The notes below the pieces were generated by a model that ran no database searches, was not told the DNA's origin, and saw nothing but the letters and a program-made list of their open reading frames with translations. From Naegleria gruberi (Eukaryota), in assembly GCA_000004985.1 (NCBI GenBank), contig GG738853.1: a DNA stretch of 64,000 bases; one strand, written 5' to 3'. Every line of letters starts with the position of its first letter. Positions within the stretch are counted from its first letter, which is position 1. This document shows positions 46,412-57,313 of the stretch, in pieces. The position numbers were made by a program, and so were the translations under genes.

Positions 46412-46687
46412 ATGGACAATCAAGTGTTGTATTCAGCAGAACAAATTCAAATTCCCAATGATTTAGGAGAAGTTCTTAAACAATATACAAAGGATGCTAT
46501 CAGAGCCTCACCAGCTGATTTGATCCGATGGAGTGCAAAGTAAGTATTATTATTCCATATAATCAATAATTTAGCCTTCCTTACATGAAACAGTTATTTT
46601 GCAACCAAGACTAATAAACCACTTCCATTCCCTAATGTTCCTCTCACTAACACTACCCCTACTAGTACTACTGCTCAAAGTAAATAA
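46412..46687 (+). CDS. Stand-alone RIIa (PKA regulatory-subunit dimerisation/docking) domain mini-protein of about 73 aa. Exon 1 is 46412..46539 and exon 2 is 46594..46687.
   Basis: IQIPNDLGEVLKQYTKDAIRASPADLIRWSA|NYF fits the RIIa consensus (IPxGLxxLLxxFxxEVLRxQPxDLxxFAAxYF). The intron is GTAAGT...AACAG. Confidence 0.5.
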
Positions 46688-46880
46688 TAGAAATATTAAT
46701 AGCAAAATGACGTTTGTTGCCAACTCACACAATGTAAATATCTCGAAAACATCTTCCTAATAATATATCATTGCCCAACAATGCATATTGTTCAATACAG
46801 CAAATAACTGTAATTGTCTTGCAAAACACGTATTGGTGATTTCATCATTCAATTTGAAAATAAAAATAGCAAACAAAAAA

Positions 46881-48453
46881 ATGAAAATATTTAAACTTTT
46901 AATTGTATTATTATTTTTGATTTCATCAATAGTACTTGTTGCTAATTGTTCAGATGCTACTTCAACTGCTGGTAGTGAAAATATAGAAATTAAAAGTAAA
47001 TTAAATGATCAACAAAATACATATACACAAGATTCATTATTGGGAAATGGTATTTTAACTGGAATTAAAAAGGATGGAACAATTGATAGTATTATTGCTC
47101 AATATAAACAATTAGATAATGAATATATTAAATCTAATAATATTGATAATGGTGATGAAAAGAAGGAAGATATTACAATTGAAAATCCATCAGTAACAAC
47201 TCCTACAACACCTACTACTACACCAACAACAACAACACCACCTATTGATATTACAACACCATCATTACCTAGTACTGTTAATAATCCAATTGATGAAAAA
47301 CCAAAAGATATTGAATTGCCACCATTGGAAGAAAAGAAATCATCAACTGAATCATCAAAACCAACAGTTGATACTCCAACAACAACAACAAAAACAACAA
47401 CAACTACTACTACAACTCCATTACAAGATAAACCTGGAAAGGAAGAAGAATCAGCTGCTGAACAAAAATTGAGAGAAGAAATTAGTAAACTTAAGGCTAA
47501 ACTTGAAGAAATTCAAAAGAAGGAACAAGAAAAGTCAACACCAACAGCACCAATTGAAAAACAAAATAAGCCTATTACAATTGAAAATCCATCACCAGTA
47601 ATAACTCCTACAACAACAACAACTCAACCAAAGGCTGAAAAATCAATTGAAACTACTAAACCATCTACAACTACTACTACTACACCTTCTAAACCATCTA
47701 CAACTACAACTACAACTATTCCATCTAAAATTGATAATAAGAGTAGTACTCCAAGTAAACAGACAACATCATCTACTACTAGTAAAACATCGACAACAAC
47801 AACAACTCCTAATACTACTACTAACAAATCAACAACAACAACTACACCAACAAACAAACAATCATCATCTACTACTAGTAGCAGTTCATCATCAACAAGT
47901 AAATCATCTTCCAAATCAAAGAATAAGTCTACAACAAGTAGTACAACAAGTAAGAATAAGACTAAACCATCAAGTACTTCTCCAACTACCAACAACAAAC
48001 AATCATCATCTGCTAGTACTACTTCTACAACTCCGACAACAAAAACTCCAACAACAACAACAACTCCAAGTAACAAACAATCATACTACCACTGGTTCTA
48101 CTACTACTACTTCCAATACTAATAAACCAAGTAGTACTACTTCTACAACAACAACTCCAAGTAACAAACAACCAATTCAACCTAATAAGAATACAGTTGT
48201 ACGTCCAACACTTAAAGAAGAAGAAGAAAAGAATAATGGAATATCACAAGTATTTATATTTGGATTTGGTATAATTCTATTTTTAGTAATTATTGCAATT
48301 TTCTTTTTATTTATGAGAAAGAGAAAACCAACATTAAAATATGAACCAGTTTCACAATATGAAAATGATTCAATTCAAAATAATGATAATTCCATTGTTG
48401 AATTAGATGATAAACATAAAGTAATTAATGAACCTGTTGATTTGGAAATTTAA
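46881..48453 (+). CDS. Mucin-like Thr/Ser/Pro-rich type I membrane glycoprotein with a signal peptide, a PTT(T)n repeat ectodomain, a TM and a short cytoplasmic tail. It has an apparent frameshift near 48075-48095.
   Basis: ORF 46788..48122 carries the signal peptide MKIFKLLIVLLFLISSIVLVANC and the Thr-rich repeats. ORF 47647..48453 carries more Thr-rich repeats plus the TM (IFIFGFGIILFLVIIAIFFLF) and tail. The two are offset by one base at ...AACAAACAATCATACTACCACTGG.... Confidence 0.45.
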
Positions 48454-48846
48454 ATAAATTCAAATATTATATATTACAATTATTATGTTATGTGTGTGTA
48501 TTTATTATTATTATAAAGTATTATTAATGGAGTGTGTGTATATTACAGTTAATCTAATATCAATGATTCAATCAAATAATTACATAAAAAAATTAACAAT
48601 AAAAAAAATGTCCAATCAACATGATTCCGATTCCAATTCATCATCATCATCATCTAAACAACAATTACATCATGATTCAAATAATTCAAATAATTCAAAT
48701 AATTCAAATAATATAATACAAATAATAATAATTCAAATATAAAAAAAACAAGATTTGAACGTGAAATTGAATCATTAACAAAACAAACGATTGAATTAGA
48801 AAATGTAGAAAATAAATTAAAACAATTATTTCCACAAGAATATGCA

Positions 48847-49299
48847 ATGAATAATTCAAACAAATTTGAAAATGATCAAATATTAAGACATCAAGATCCA
48901 ACTGTTAAATATTTTACTTTAATTGGAGGTTCAATTGGTGCAATTTCAAGTGCTTATTTACTTTATCAACCAATTGATAAATTTGGAAGATTATTTTTTA
49001 AACAATTTACTTCAAATTATAGAATTAGATATTATTTTACAATTCCAACTTTTACTTTTTTAACAATTACTATAAGTGGTATTTTATCAGGTTTATATCC
49101 ATATGGTACACATAGAATTATGAAATTTTTAAATAATCAATTTAATATTGATGTTAATGATAATTTTGATGATTTTTTAATTTCTGGTTTACCTTTAACT
49201 AAAAATGATTTACTTTCTCATTTAAATAAATTTAATAATAATAATAATAATAAATTAATTATTAATAATTTAATTATAATAAAATTAAAATTAAATTAA
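48847..49299 (+). CDS. Small hypothetical membrane protein of 150 aa. It possibly extends 5' into ORF 48485..48742 through an A8 homopolymer.
   Basis: The ORF has two hydrophobic segments. The upstream in-frame sequence (KKTRFEREIESLTKQTIELENVENKLKQLFPQEYA) has no ATG. Confidence 0.25.
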   Translation: MNNSNKFENDQILRHQDPTVKYFTLIGGSIGAISSAYLLYQPIDKFGRLFFKQFTSNYRIRYYFTIPTFTFLTITISGILSGLYPYGTHRIMKFLNNQFNIDVNDNFDDFLISGLPLTKNDLLSHLNKFNNNNNNKLIINNLIIIKLKLN

Positions 49300-49319
49300 T
49301 ATTATGTTTAAAATTATTT

Positions 49320-50462
49320 TTATTTATTTAAATTAATATATTTAACATTTAATTCAATACCATTATTACTTTGATTTCTAAAAATGGAATTAAAATTATC
49401 ATTTTTTAAATTATTTGAATAATCAAATGCAATTCCCATACTTTCAGTACTAAAAGTATAACCAAATTCTAATTGATCATAATCAGTAACTTTACATGAT
49501 AAACATCCAATTTTTCTTTCATTTGTAAAATTAATTAAATTACCATAAATAGAAAATAAAGCTTGTTCCATTGGAATTTCAAATATTTTATCAACTAGAT
49601 AATTTGACATTTGATTTAACATGATATCTTCACCAATTCCACTAAAATTACTTGCAATTTGTATAAAATTATCATTATCACTATCTTGTACATATTTAGT
49701 ATCTGAATAACATCCACTTCCATATATAGAAGCTTCACCAATTCTACCTGAATATTTTAATGATATTCCACCACTACTAACACCTGATGATAATATTCCA
49801 TTATAATATATTATACATCCAACTGTATCATATNNNNNNNNNNNNNNNNNNNNNNNNNNNNNNNNNNNNNNNNNNNNNNNNNNATTATTTAAATTATTTA
49901 TATTATTATTACCATTTATATTATTATTATTAAAATTATAAATAGATGAAAAACATAAACATGCATCACATTCAACTAAACCATTTCTATTTAAATTACT
50001 ACCATATCCAGCATTTGTAAATGGTGAATTTTCTAAAATAGAAATAGCATATGAACATGCATTTAAACATTTTTTTATTTTTTCATTTTCATCATTTTTA
50101 TTTATAAATTTACTATTATTTAAATTATTTAAATTATTAAAATATTGATTAATAGTTTGTTGTATAGATTGTTTCATTAAATTTCTATATAAATTATTAT
50201 TATTAATAGAATGATATCCTGCTCCACAATGAACTGCAATAAAATATACATCATCTTCATCTTCATCATCTTTTAAATCATTATTTAAATCATTATTTAA
50301 ATTATTATATTCTATTATTTCATTATTATTATTATTATCTTGTTGTTGTTGAATAGATAAAGATGATGATGATGAATTATTCCGATCAACATGTTGATGA
50401 TGATTAACTTGTTCACTCATTTTTTTAAAGTTTATAATAGAAAAAAACAAATTGTAACACAC
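49320..50462 (-). CDS. Threonine aspartase 1 (Taspase-1, asparaginase-2 / Ntn-hydrolase family), interrupted by a 50-N scaffold gap.
   Basis: FIAVHCGAGYHS, LENSPFTNAGYGSNLNRNGLVECDA and DTVGCIIY...SSGGISLKYSGRIGEASIYGSGCY match the Taspase-1 core, including the Thr nucleophile of DTVG. Confidence 0.65.
   Translation of the reverse strand: MCYNLFFSIINFKKMSEQVNHHQHVDRNNSSSSSLSIQQQQDNNNNNEIIEYNNLNNDLNNDLKDDEDEDDVYFIAVHCGAGYHSINNNNLYRNLMKQSIQQTINQYFNNLNNLNNSKFINKNDENEKIKKCLNACSYAISILENSPFTNAGYGSNLNRNGLVECDACLCFSSIYNFNNNNINGNNNINNLNNXXXXXXXXXXXXXXXXXYDTVGCIIYYNGILSSGVSSGGISLKYSGRIGEASIYGSGCYSDTKYVQDSDNDNFIQIASNFSGIGEDIMLNQMSNYLVDKIFEIPMEQALFSIYGNLINFTNERKIGCLSCKVTDYDQLEFGYTFSTESMGIAFDYSNNLKNDNFNSIFRNQSNNGIELNVKYINLNK
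49834..49883. other. Assembly gap of 50 N.
   Basis: A run of n characters sits inside the Taspase-1 coding region. Confidence 0.99.
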
Positions 50463-50582
50463 AACTATTTCAAATTTAATTTTATTACATTTTCAATACA
50501 TACAATACTTTTAATACATATGATTCAGATTACAAAATATATAAATAAATATATAAACACATAATAATAAATATATAAAATA

Positions 50583-51836
50583 TTATTGTAAAATATTATA
50601 CATTAATAATTCTAAAATATTTGTAATTAAAATAACATGTTTACAACTTTGTATATTTTTAGAATCACATACTAATAATGGTAATTGATAATTAATAGCT
50701 AATTCAATAGAATTATTTAATAAATTTAAATGATTATTATTTAAATATTTAATTAAATTATTTTCATTTTCATTATTAAAAGTATTTAATAACATTATTT
50801 CCATTACATCTAATTGTTCTTCATCATCTTTAAATTTACTACCAATTAATGAATTTGATTTTACTTTTAATCCATTTATAGATTCATTTGTATCTAATTT
50901 CCATATTGGTATATTTAATAAATTATTTAAATTTTCATTAAATAAATAAATTACATAAGTTTTACCTGAATATAAATTTGCTGAAAATATTGATTTTCTT
51001 GAATGTGGTGATTTTATACCACCATGATCTTGAAATGATATTTGTATATATTTACTATTATTATTATTATTATTATTACTATTTATAGAATTATTTAAAT
51101 TATTAAATTCAATTAAATTATTATTATTATTAATAAATAATTCAAATGATTTCATTACAATTCTAAAATCAATAGTTTGATCATATTTATTAAAATCTTG
51201 ATCAATTTTATCACAAATATTATTAACAAATTTAGATTTACCTGTTTTAGAATTACCTTTTACATGAATTCTAAAAAATAAATTAGTTAAATCATCTGAT
51301 CTATTATTAAATTGTGTTTTTGTAATTTCTTTAAATTTAAAATAATATTTTGTAATTGTTTGACATAAAATTCTTTCATTTTTTAAATTATTTAATTTTA
51401 AATTTTTAATTTTATCAGAATTAAATGGAAAATATAATATTCCAATTTCATTTTTTAATAAATATTTCCATATTTGATCACATGGTGTTTTTATTTCATT
51501 ATTTAAATTATTATTTAAAATAGATTGACCACAAATATATTCATACCAATCTTTATTTAACATTGATAATAATGTTAATTCATAAGTATTTAAAAATGAT
51601 ATTATTTCAAATGTCATTTCATGTGTTAAATCAAAATTATTATTAAATATAAATGAAATTGTTTTAATTGATGTACTTGTTGTTGTAGTTGTTGTACTTG
51701 TAGTTGTAGTAGTAGTTGTATTATTATCATTATTATCATTGTTATCATTGTTAATAGTAGTTGTATTATTATCAATTAAATGATGATCGGAAGGATCTTC
51801 TTGTTGATCAATAATAATATGATTATTGTTGATCAT
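50583..51836 (-). CDS. F-box-like domain protein with a P-loop small-GTPase-like central region.
   Basis: The N-terminal part has poly-N/T runs and then an F-box-like segment (MTFEIISFLNTYELTLLSMLNKDWYEYI). Later there is a G1-like motif (GNSKTGKS), a DxxG-like motif (QDHGG) and a beta-strand pattern. The gene is very AT-rich. Confidence 0.4.
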   Translation of the reverse strand: MINNNHIIIDQQEDPSDHHLIDNNTTTINNDNNDNNDNNTTTTTTTSTTTTTTSTSIKTISFIFNNNFDLTHEMTFEIISFLNTYELTLLSMLNKDWYEYICGQSILNNNLNNEIKTPCDQIWKYLLKNEIGILYFPFNSDKIKNLKLNNLKNERILCQTITKYYFKFKEITKTQFNNRSDDLTNLFFRIHVKGNSKTGKSKFVNNICDKIDQDFNKYDQTIDFRIVMKSFELFINNNNNLIEFNNLNNSINSNNNNNNNSKYIQISFQDHGGIKSPHSRKSIFSANLYSGKTYVIYLFNENLNNLLNIPIWKLDTNESINGLKVKSNSLIGSKFKDDEEQLDVMEIMLLNTFNNENENNLIKYLNNNHLNLLNNSIELAINYQLPLLVCDSKNIQSCKHVILITNILELLMYNILQ

Positions 51837-53308
51837 TTTTTTTTAATTTGATAGAGAAATGTGTGGATTGTATGAGTAGAAGAAATTGTACAAAGAATAA
51901 TAAGAACATGGAACAATTACATGTTCAGTGTTCAACATATCCTCAAAAGCATTTAAAGGAAAACAGCTGTTTTGTGACATCAATTGCTGGTGGTTTCTTG
52001 CATGGATTCGTATATAAGTGGCTCTTATGAGTCCTCAATCCATGATTCTGCTTATTGTTCCAACTGAACCAAAGAATAAGGATGTTAATCATTCAGTTGT
52101 AAATTACTGAAAAGTTTTCTGAATTGGAAGAACATTAAAAGGTCAAACATTTAGAAGATCAAATTCAAATTGAGAAAAAGATAAGAACAAGAAGGATAGA
52201 CAAGAGGAAGCCAGACATAAGAAGGATGTAGAAGACAGAAAGAAGAAGGAAGAGGAAGATCGTTTGAGAAAAGCCCAATTAGAAGAGGATGATTAGAAGA
52301 TGAAAGAAAGAGAAAAGCCTAAATTGAAGAAGAACGTAGGAGAAAGGCAGATTTGGAAGAGGAAAACAAGAAGAGCAACCTGCTCAAGAGGAAGAGGAAA
52401 AGAAAAAGGTTAAATGAGTGAGGTCATGAAAGATCTCCTTTCCAAGTCTGCAACAGAAGTACTCGTTATCAATCATTTGAAGGAATTAACGTCGATTACA
52501 AGGCCTCATTCATCATCATTTTTTGGAAAATACTTTAATAGCTTGGTTTTGTAAACTTTGGAGAGGATCGCAATTTTGGCGTCGATTTGATGTAAATGGA
52601 ACCACAAGGATTGAGCACAAATATTCGTTATGGTAAACAAAATCATTATGTTATCAAACAAACTAGCCGTTCCATTTTAAAATGTAGATTTCGTCTAGAT
52701 GGAACCACCAAAGGTGAGTCAACACGTGCCGATTTCACAACATATTACAATCGTTCCAAGCTGTTGGCCAATCGACAAATTAGCACATAATTTCATAATA
52801 GCGCAATATGATTATTTCACCTACCATTTGGACTACTCATAATTTATCCTTATAATAGAGTTACTTATCTTAACCACTTTGATTTTGTATTCTACTCTTC
52901 TGTTAAAAATATTTGATGATCCTTGGATTCTGTTACTGGTAGTACACTTACACTAAATACTTACGTTGTCTGTCCTGCATGTCTGTTCTGCGACCATTCT
53001 ATGAAGTTTCAAAATGAATTGTGTAAATAATATGCCAATGTCAGAAAAGCAAAGCAACAATTCGATATGTAAAGTTTAAAACAAAATTGAACGCATATGT
53101 ATTCAGAGATATGGTATCTTTAACAATCTTCAGTAGTTATTTTGTTTTACACACTTACACAATTTTGTAGATTCAGTAATGCATTTCTACTCACAAATGA
53201 GAACTGTACTGATTAACGAAGCTGACCCTCCAAACCAATAAAGAAAAATTGAATATTTTGTTTATTTTATTCCGAAAGTTCTAAGTCAATGGTTTTCCAT
53301 TTGGCCAA

Positions 53309-54415
53309 TCAGGCATCTTCATCTTCTTTATATTGAAAGTCTTTGTTGTGATCTTTTAATTGGTTCATTTCACTCAAGTATTTTGTTCCTTCATCACCAA
53401 TATAGTTGTTGTTAATATAAAGATACATTATTTCTTTCAATTCACTTATGTATTTAACTCCTTCATCTCTAATCTTATTGTAGGAAATATCAAGATGGGT
53501 CAATTGTTTCAATCCACTCAAATATTTAATTCCTTCATCACCAATGTCATTACAAGAAATATCAAGATCCATTAATTGTTTCAATTCACATAAATATTTA
53601 GCTCCCTCATCACCAATTTGATTGTTAGAAATATTAAGAAGTATTAAATGTTTTAATTCACTTAAATATTTTGCTCCTTCATTTCCAATTTGATTGTTAT
53701 TAATATAAAGATCAGTTAATTGTTTCAATTCTCCAATATATTTAGATCCTTCATCACCTATACGATTATCTTGAATATTAAGATAGGTCAATTGTTTTAA
53801 TTCACTTAAATATTTTGCTCCTTCATCATCAATATTATTTTTATCAATAATAAGAATGGTCAATTGTTTCAATTCACTTATATATTTTGATCCTTTAGCA
53901 CCAATATTATTTTTATCAATAATAAGAAAAGTTAATTGTTTCAATTCACTTAAATATTTAGCTCCATATTCAGAAATACCATTATTACGAATATCAAGAG
54001 TGGTCAATTGTTTCAATTCACTTATAAATCTAACACCCTCATCACCTATATAACTATCATAAATATGAAGTTTTTTTAATTGTTTCAATTCACTTAAATG
54101 ATTTAATGCTTCTCCTTCTTTAATTCTAATTTTAAGTTTTGTTAATGATTTCATCATTTTTAATTTTTTAACAGTATTAATAGTGCTGGCAGTAGTACTA
54201 ACATGAAGATTACAACATGTTGATAAAATAACATTCAACCACTGTTTAGATACCAATGTACAATTCAAGATAATAAAATTAAAATCATCAAAGAAGGAAA
54301 TTATTTCATATATTATATCATTATGAAATTTATAATCATTGTGTGACAAGTTCTCCATCCTTGTTTGAACCATGTTAGTTGAATGTTGTGTACACAATGT
54401 TGGGAGTTTTTCCAT
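53309..54415 (-). CDS. F-box / leucine-rich-repeat protein (RNI-like LRRs).
   Basis: An N-terminal F-box-like segment (IIYEIISFFDDFNFIILNCTLVSKQWLNVIL) is followed by about 12 tandem 24-aa repeats of the form ELKQLTxLxIxxNxIGDEGAKYLS. The repeats are also highly similar at the DNA level. Confidence 0.6.
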   Translation of the reverse strand: MEKLPTLCTQHSTNMVQTRMENLSHNDYKFHNDIIYEIISFFDDFNFIILNCTLVSKQWLNVILSTCCNLHVSTTASTINTVKKLKMMKSLTKLKIRIKEGEALNHLSELKQLKKLHIYDSYIGDEGVRFISELKQLTTLDIRNNGISEYGAKYLSELKQLTFLIIDKNNIGAKGSKYISELKQLTILIIDKNNIDDEGAKYLSELKQLTYLNIQDNRIGDEGSKYIGELKQLTDLYINNNQIGNEGAKYLSELKHLILLNISNNQIGDEGAKYLCELKQLMDLDISCNDIGDEGIKYLSGLKQLTHLDISYNKIRDEGVKYISELKEIMYLYINNNYIGDEGTKYLSEMNQLKDHNKDFQYKEDEDA

Positions 54416-55396
54416 TTTTTTTTAATAATGTTGTGATTGATCAACCAAGTTTATTATTATATATGGTCAACTCAACATTCAAATTAAAGATCAATTACAC
54501 AATATCAATGACTATAATTTAGATATTTAAATATGCTACATTCTATTTATTCAAGTTAAATTATCATCATGATGGTTTTAATGTTATTATTCGGATCTGT
54601 TTAAATTTTTGAATTAATTGAAAAATCCAAACTTTAGAACTCAATCAATGGGGAAAAAGAGAATGTCTAGTTTCTCCATATCATATTCCAATGTACCAAT
54701 GTATAATTTGATTCATTGAAAAGTGAAAAGTTTCTCTGCCAAATATTATGGAAATTGGAAGTGATTGTTTATATTTATTACTTATTTTAATAGTTAGGCC
54801 TTCTTTGAGCATTTGATAAGAGAGCACTCTCCAAGTTGCCAATTCCATTTTATTAATTTAATGTAATTGTTACAATATAAAGATTTGATTTTTTAAATTT
54901 ATACTATTATATAATAGTATTTTAATGCACTTATGCATGACATGATATGAAATTATTATTTCAACAAATCACTTTACATATTTAGTGCATGCATATTAAT
55001 CAAGTATTAATAAGGACCCTTAGATATTTTTATTAATAATTGATCATCACTCTATTATTCCTAAAAAGCTCTCATCATTAAAAATTAACATTTATATTTT
55101 ATCACATCTTAAACTTCTTAATATCCAAGAATGACTTAATAGTTAGGACTATTATTTAACTGAACCTTATCGATAGGCCCAAATAAGTACTAAATATCAA
55201 ACAAAATGAATAACGCGAAATTTTCTCGCTTTTTAAATTGATTGGTTGTTTTAATCACAGATTACAATGATTTTCACAACGCAAGCACTCCGTTATCATA
55301 TCATTCGACAAAGGTCACCTTTTGAAAAATCGCTTTACGGACTCTAATTTGGAGCGTTCACATTCCACTCTACACCTCAACAATAATATAAAAAAA

Positions 55397-57232
55397 ATGT
55401 TCAAATCAATTGCTCAACCAATTATCAAGAAGGCTAATCAAACAACACCAATTAAATCTGCTGTTGTTCAATCTAGATTCCTCAGCAAGGTTGTTAAAGA
55501 TGCCAAGACTGCTGTTCAAGATATTCCTGATGGTGCTACACTGTATGTATTAATATAATTTATTAATTTATTAATTTTTATAAATATATATTAATATTAA
55601 TATGATGATGATTGATCAATATGATGATGATATTACTATTATATTACAATCTATTATCTAAACACTCCCATAACCACTAAACTATAATCTAAAATCACAC
55701 CAATCTACTATTTAAACTACTTATCTACACTTAATCACACCAATCTAAATCACCAATCTACAATCTACAATCTACACTAAATCTACAATCTAAACACAAT
55801 GTAAAAACTCTCTTAATATTATTTAAATAGTTGTGTTGGTGGATTTGGTTTATCTGGTACACCACAAAAATTGATTGAAGCCTTGAGAGATTTGGGTAGT
55901 AAAAATTTAACAATTGTTTCAAATAATTGTGGTGTTGATGATTGGGGATTAGGATTATTATTATCTAATGGACAAATTAAAAGAATGGTTTCATCCTATG
56001 TTGGTGAAAATGCAACATTTGAAAAATTATATTTAGGAGGACATTTAGAAGTTGAATTACTTCCACAAGGTACATTAGCTGAAAAGTTAAGAGCTGGTGG
56101 TGCTGGTATTCCTGCATTCTTTACACCTACTGCTGTTGGTACTGTTATTCAAGAAGGTGGTTTTGCTATTAAATTTAAACCAAATTCAAAGGAAATTGAA
56201 ATTGCTTCTAAACCAAGAGAAGTTAGAGAATTTAATGGTAGAAAATATTTAATGGAAGAATGGATTAGAGGTGATTTTGCTTTAATTAAGGGATGGAAAG
56301 CTGATGAACATGGTAATGTTGTTTTTAGAAGAACTGCTAGAAATTTCAATCCAATGTGTGGTCAAGCTGGTAAAATTTGTATTGTTGAAGTTGAAGAATT
56401 AGTTAAACCAGGTGAAATTGATCCAGATCATGTTCATTTACCAGGTGTTTTTGTTGATAGAATTTATTTAGCTGAACCATATGAAAAGAGAATTGAAAAG
56501 AGAACTCTTTCTAAACCTACTGATGCTAATTCATCATCATCATCTTCTACTTCTTCAAATGATCCATCAAAATGGGATACACGTGAACGTATTGTTAGAA
56601 GAACTGCATTAGAATTCCAAGATGGAATGTATGTTAATTTAGGTATTGGTATTCCAACACTTGCATCCAATCATTTACCAAAAGGTGTTACCATTACTTT
56701 ACAATCTGAAAATGGTATTTTAGGTATGGGACCATATCCAACACCTGGTAATGAACATGCTGATTTGATTAATGCAGGTAAAGAAACAATTACAACATTA
56801 CCTGGATCATCAACATTTTCTTCATCTGATTCATTTGGTATTATTAGAGGTGGTCATATTGATTTGACTGTTTTGGGTGCTTTACAAGTATCTGAAAGTG
56901 GTGATTTAGCCAATTGGATTATTCCAGGTAAAATGGTTAAAGGTATGGGTGGTGCTATGGATTTAGTTTCATCTGGTTCACGTGTTGTTGTTACAATGGA
57001 ACATACTGCTAAGGGTAATTCTCCAAAGATTTTGAAATCATGTTCTTTACCTTTAACTGGTAAACAAGTTGTTAATAGAATTATTACTGAATTGGCTGTA
57101 TTTGATGTTACTCCACAAGGTTTAGTTTTAATTGAACATTTCCCTGGTGTTACTGTTGATGAAATTAAATCAAAGACTGAAGCTAACTTTATTGTTTCTG
57201 ATCAATTGAAGGAAATGCAATTTGTTCAATAA
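55397..57232 (+). CDS. oxct: Succinyl-CoA:3-ketoacid coenzyme A transferase (SCOT/OXCT, CoA-transferase family I). Exon 1 is 55397..55542 and exon 2 is 55831..57232.
   Basis: Exon 1 encodes a mitochondrial presequence ending DIPDGATL. A 288-nt GTATGT intron follows. Exon 2 encodes [15 protein letters not shown]...[12 protein letters not shown]...GGAMDLV, collinear with mammalian OXCT1. Confidence 0.85.
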
Positions 57233-57313
57233 ATTTATAATTTTTATTTAATTTTAATACTAATATTTAATAATATTTGACTGTTTTAATAATAATTTTT
57301 TAAATTTGAAATT

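Noticed and set aside
48485-48742. ORF encoding the S/N-rich peptide MSNQHDSDSNSSSSSS...
   Set aside because: It is low-complexity sequence ending in an A8 run. It is more likely the 5' part or UTR of the 48847 gene than an independent gene.
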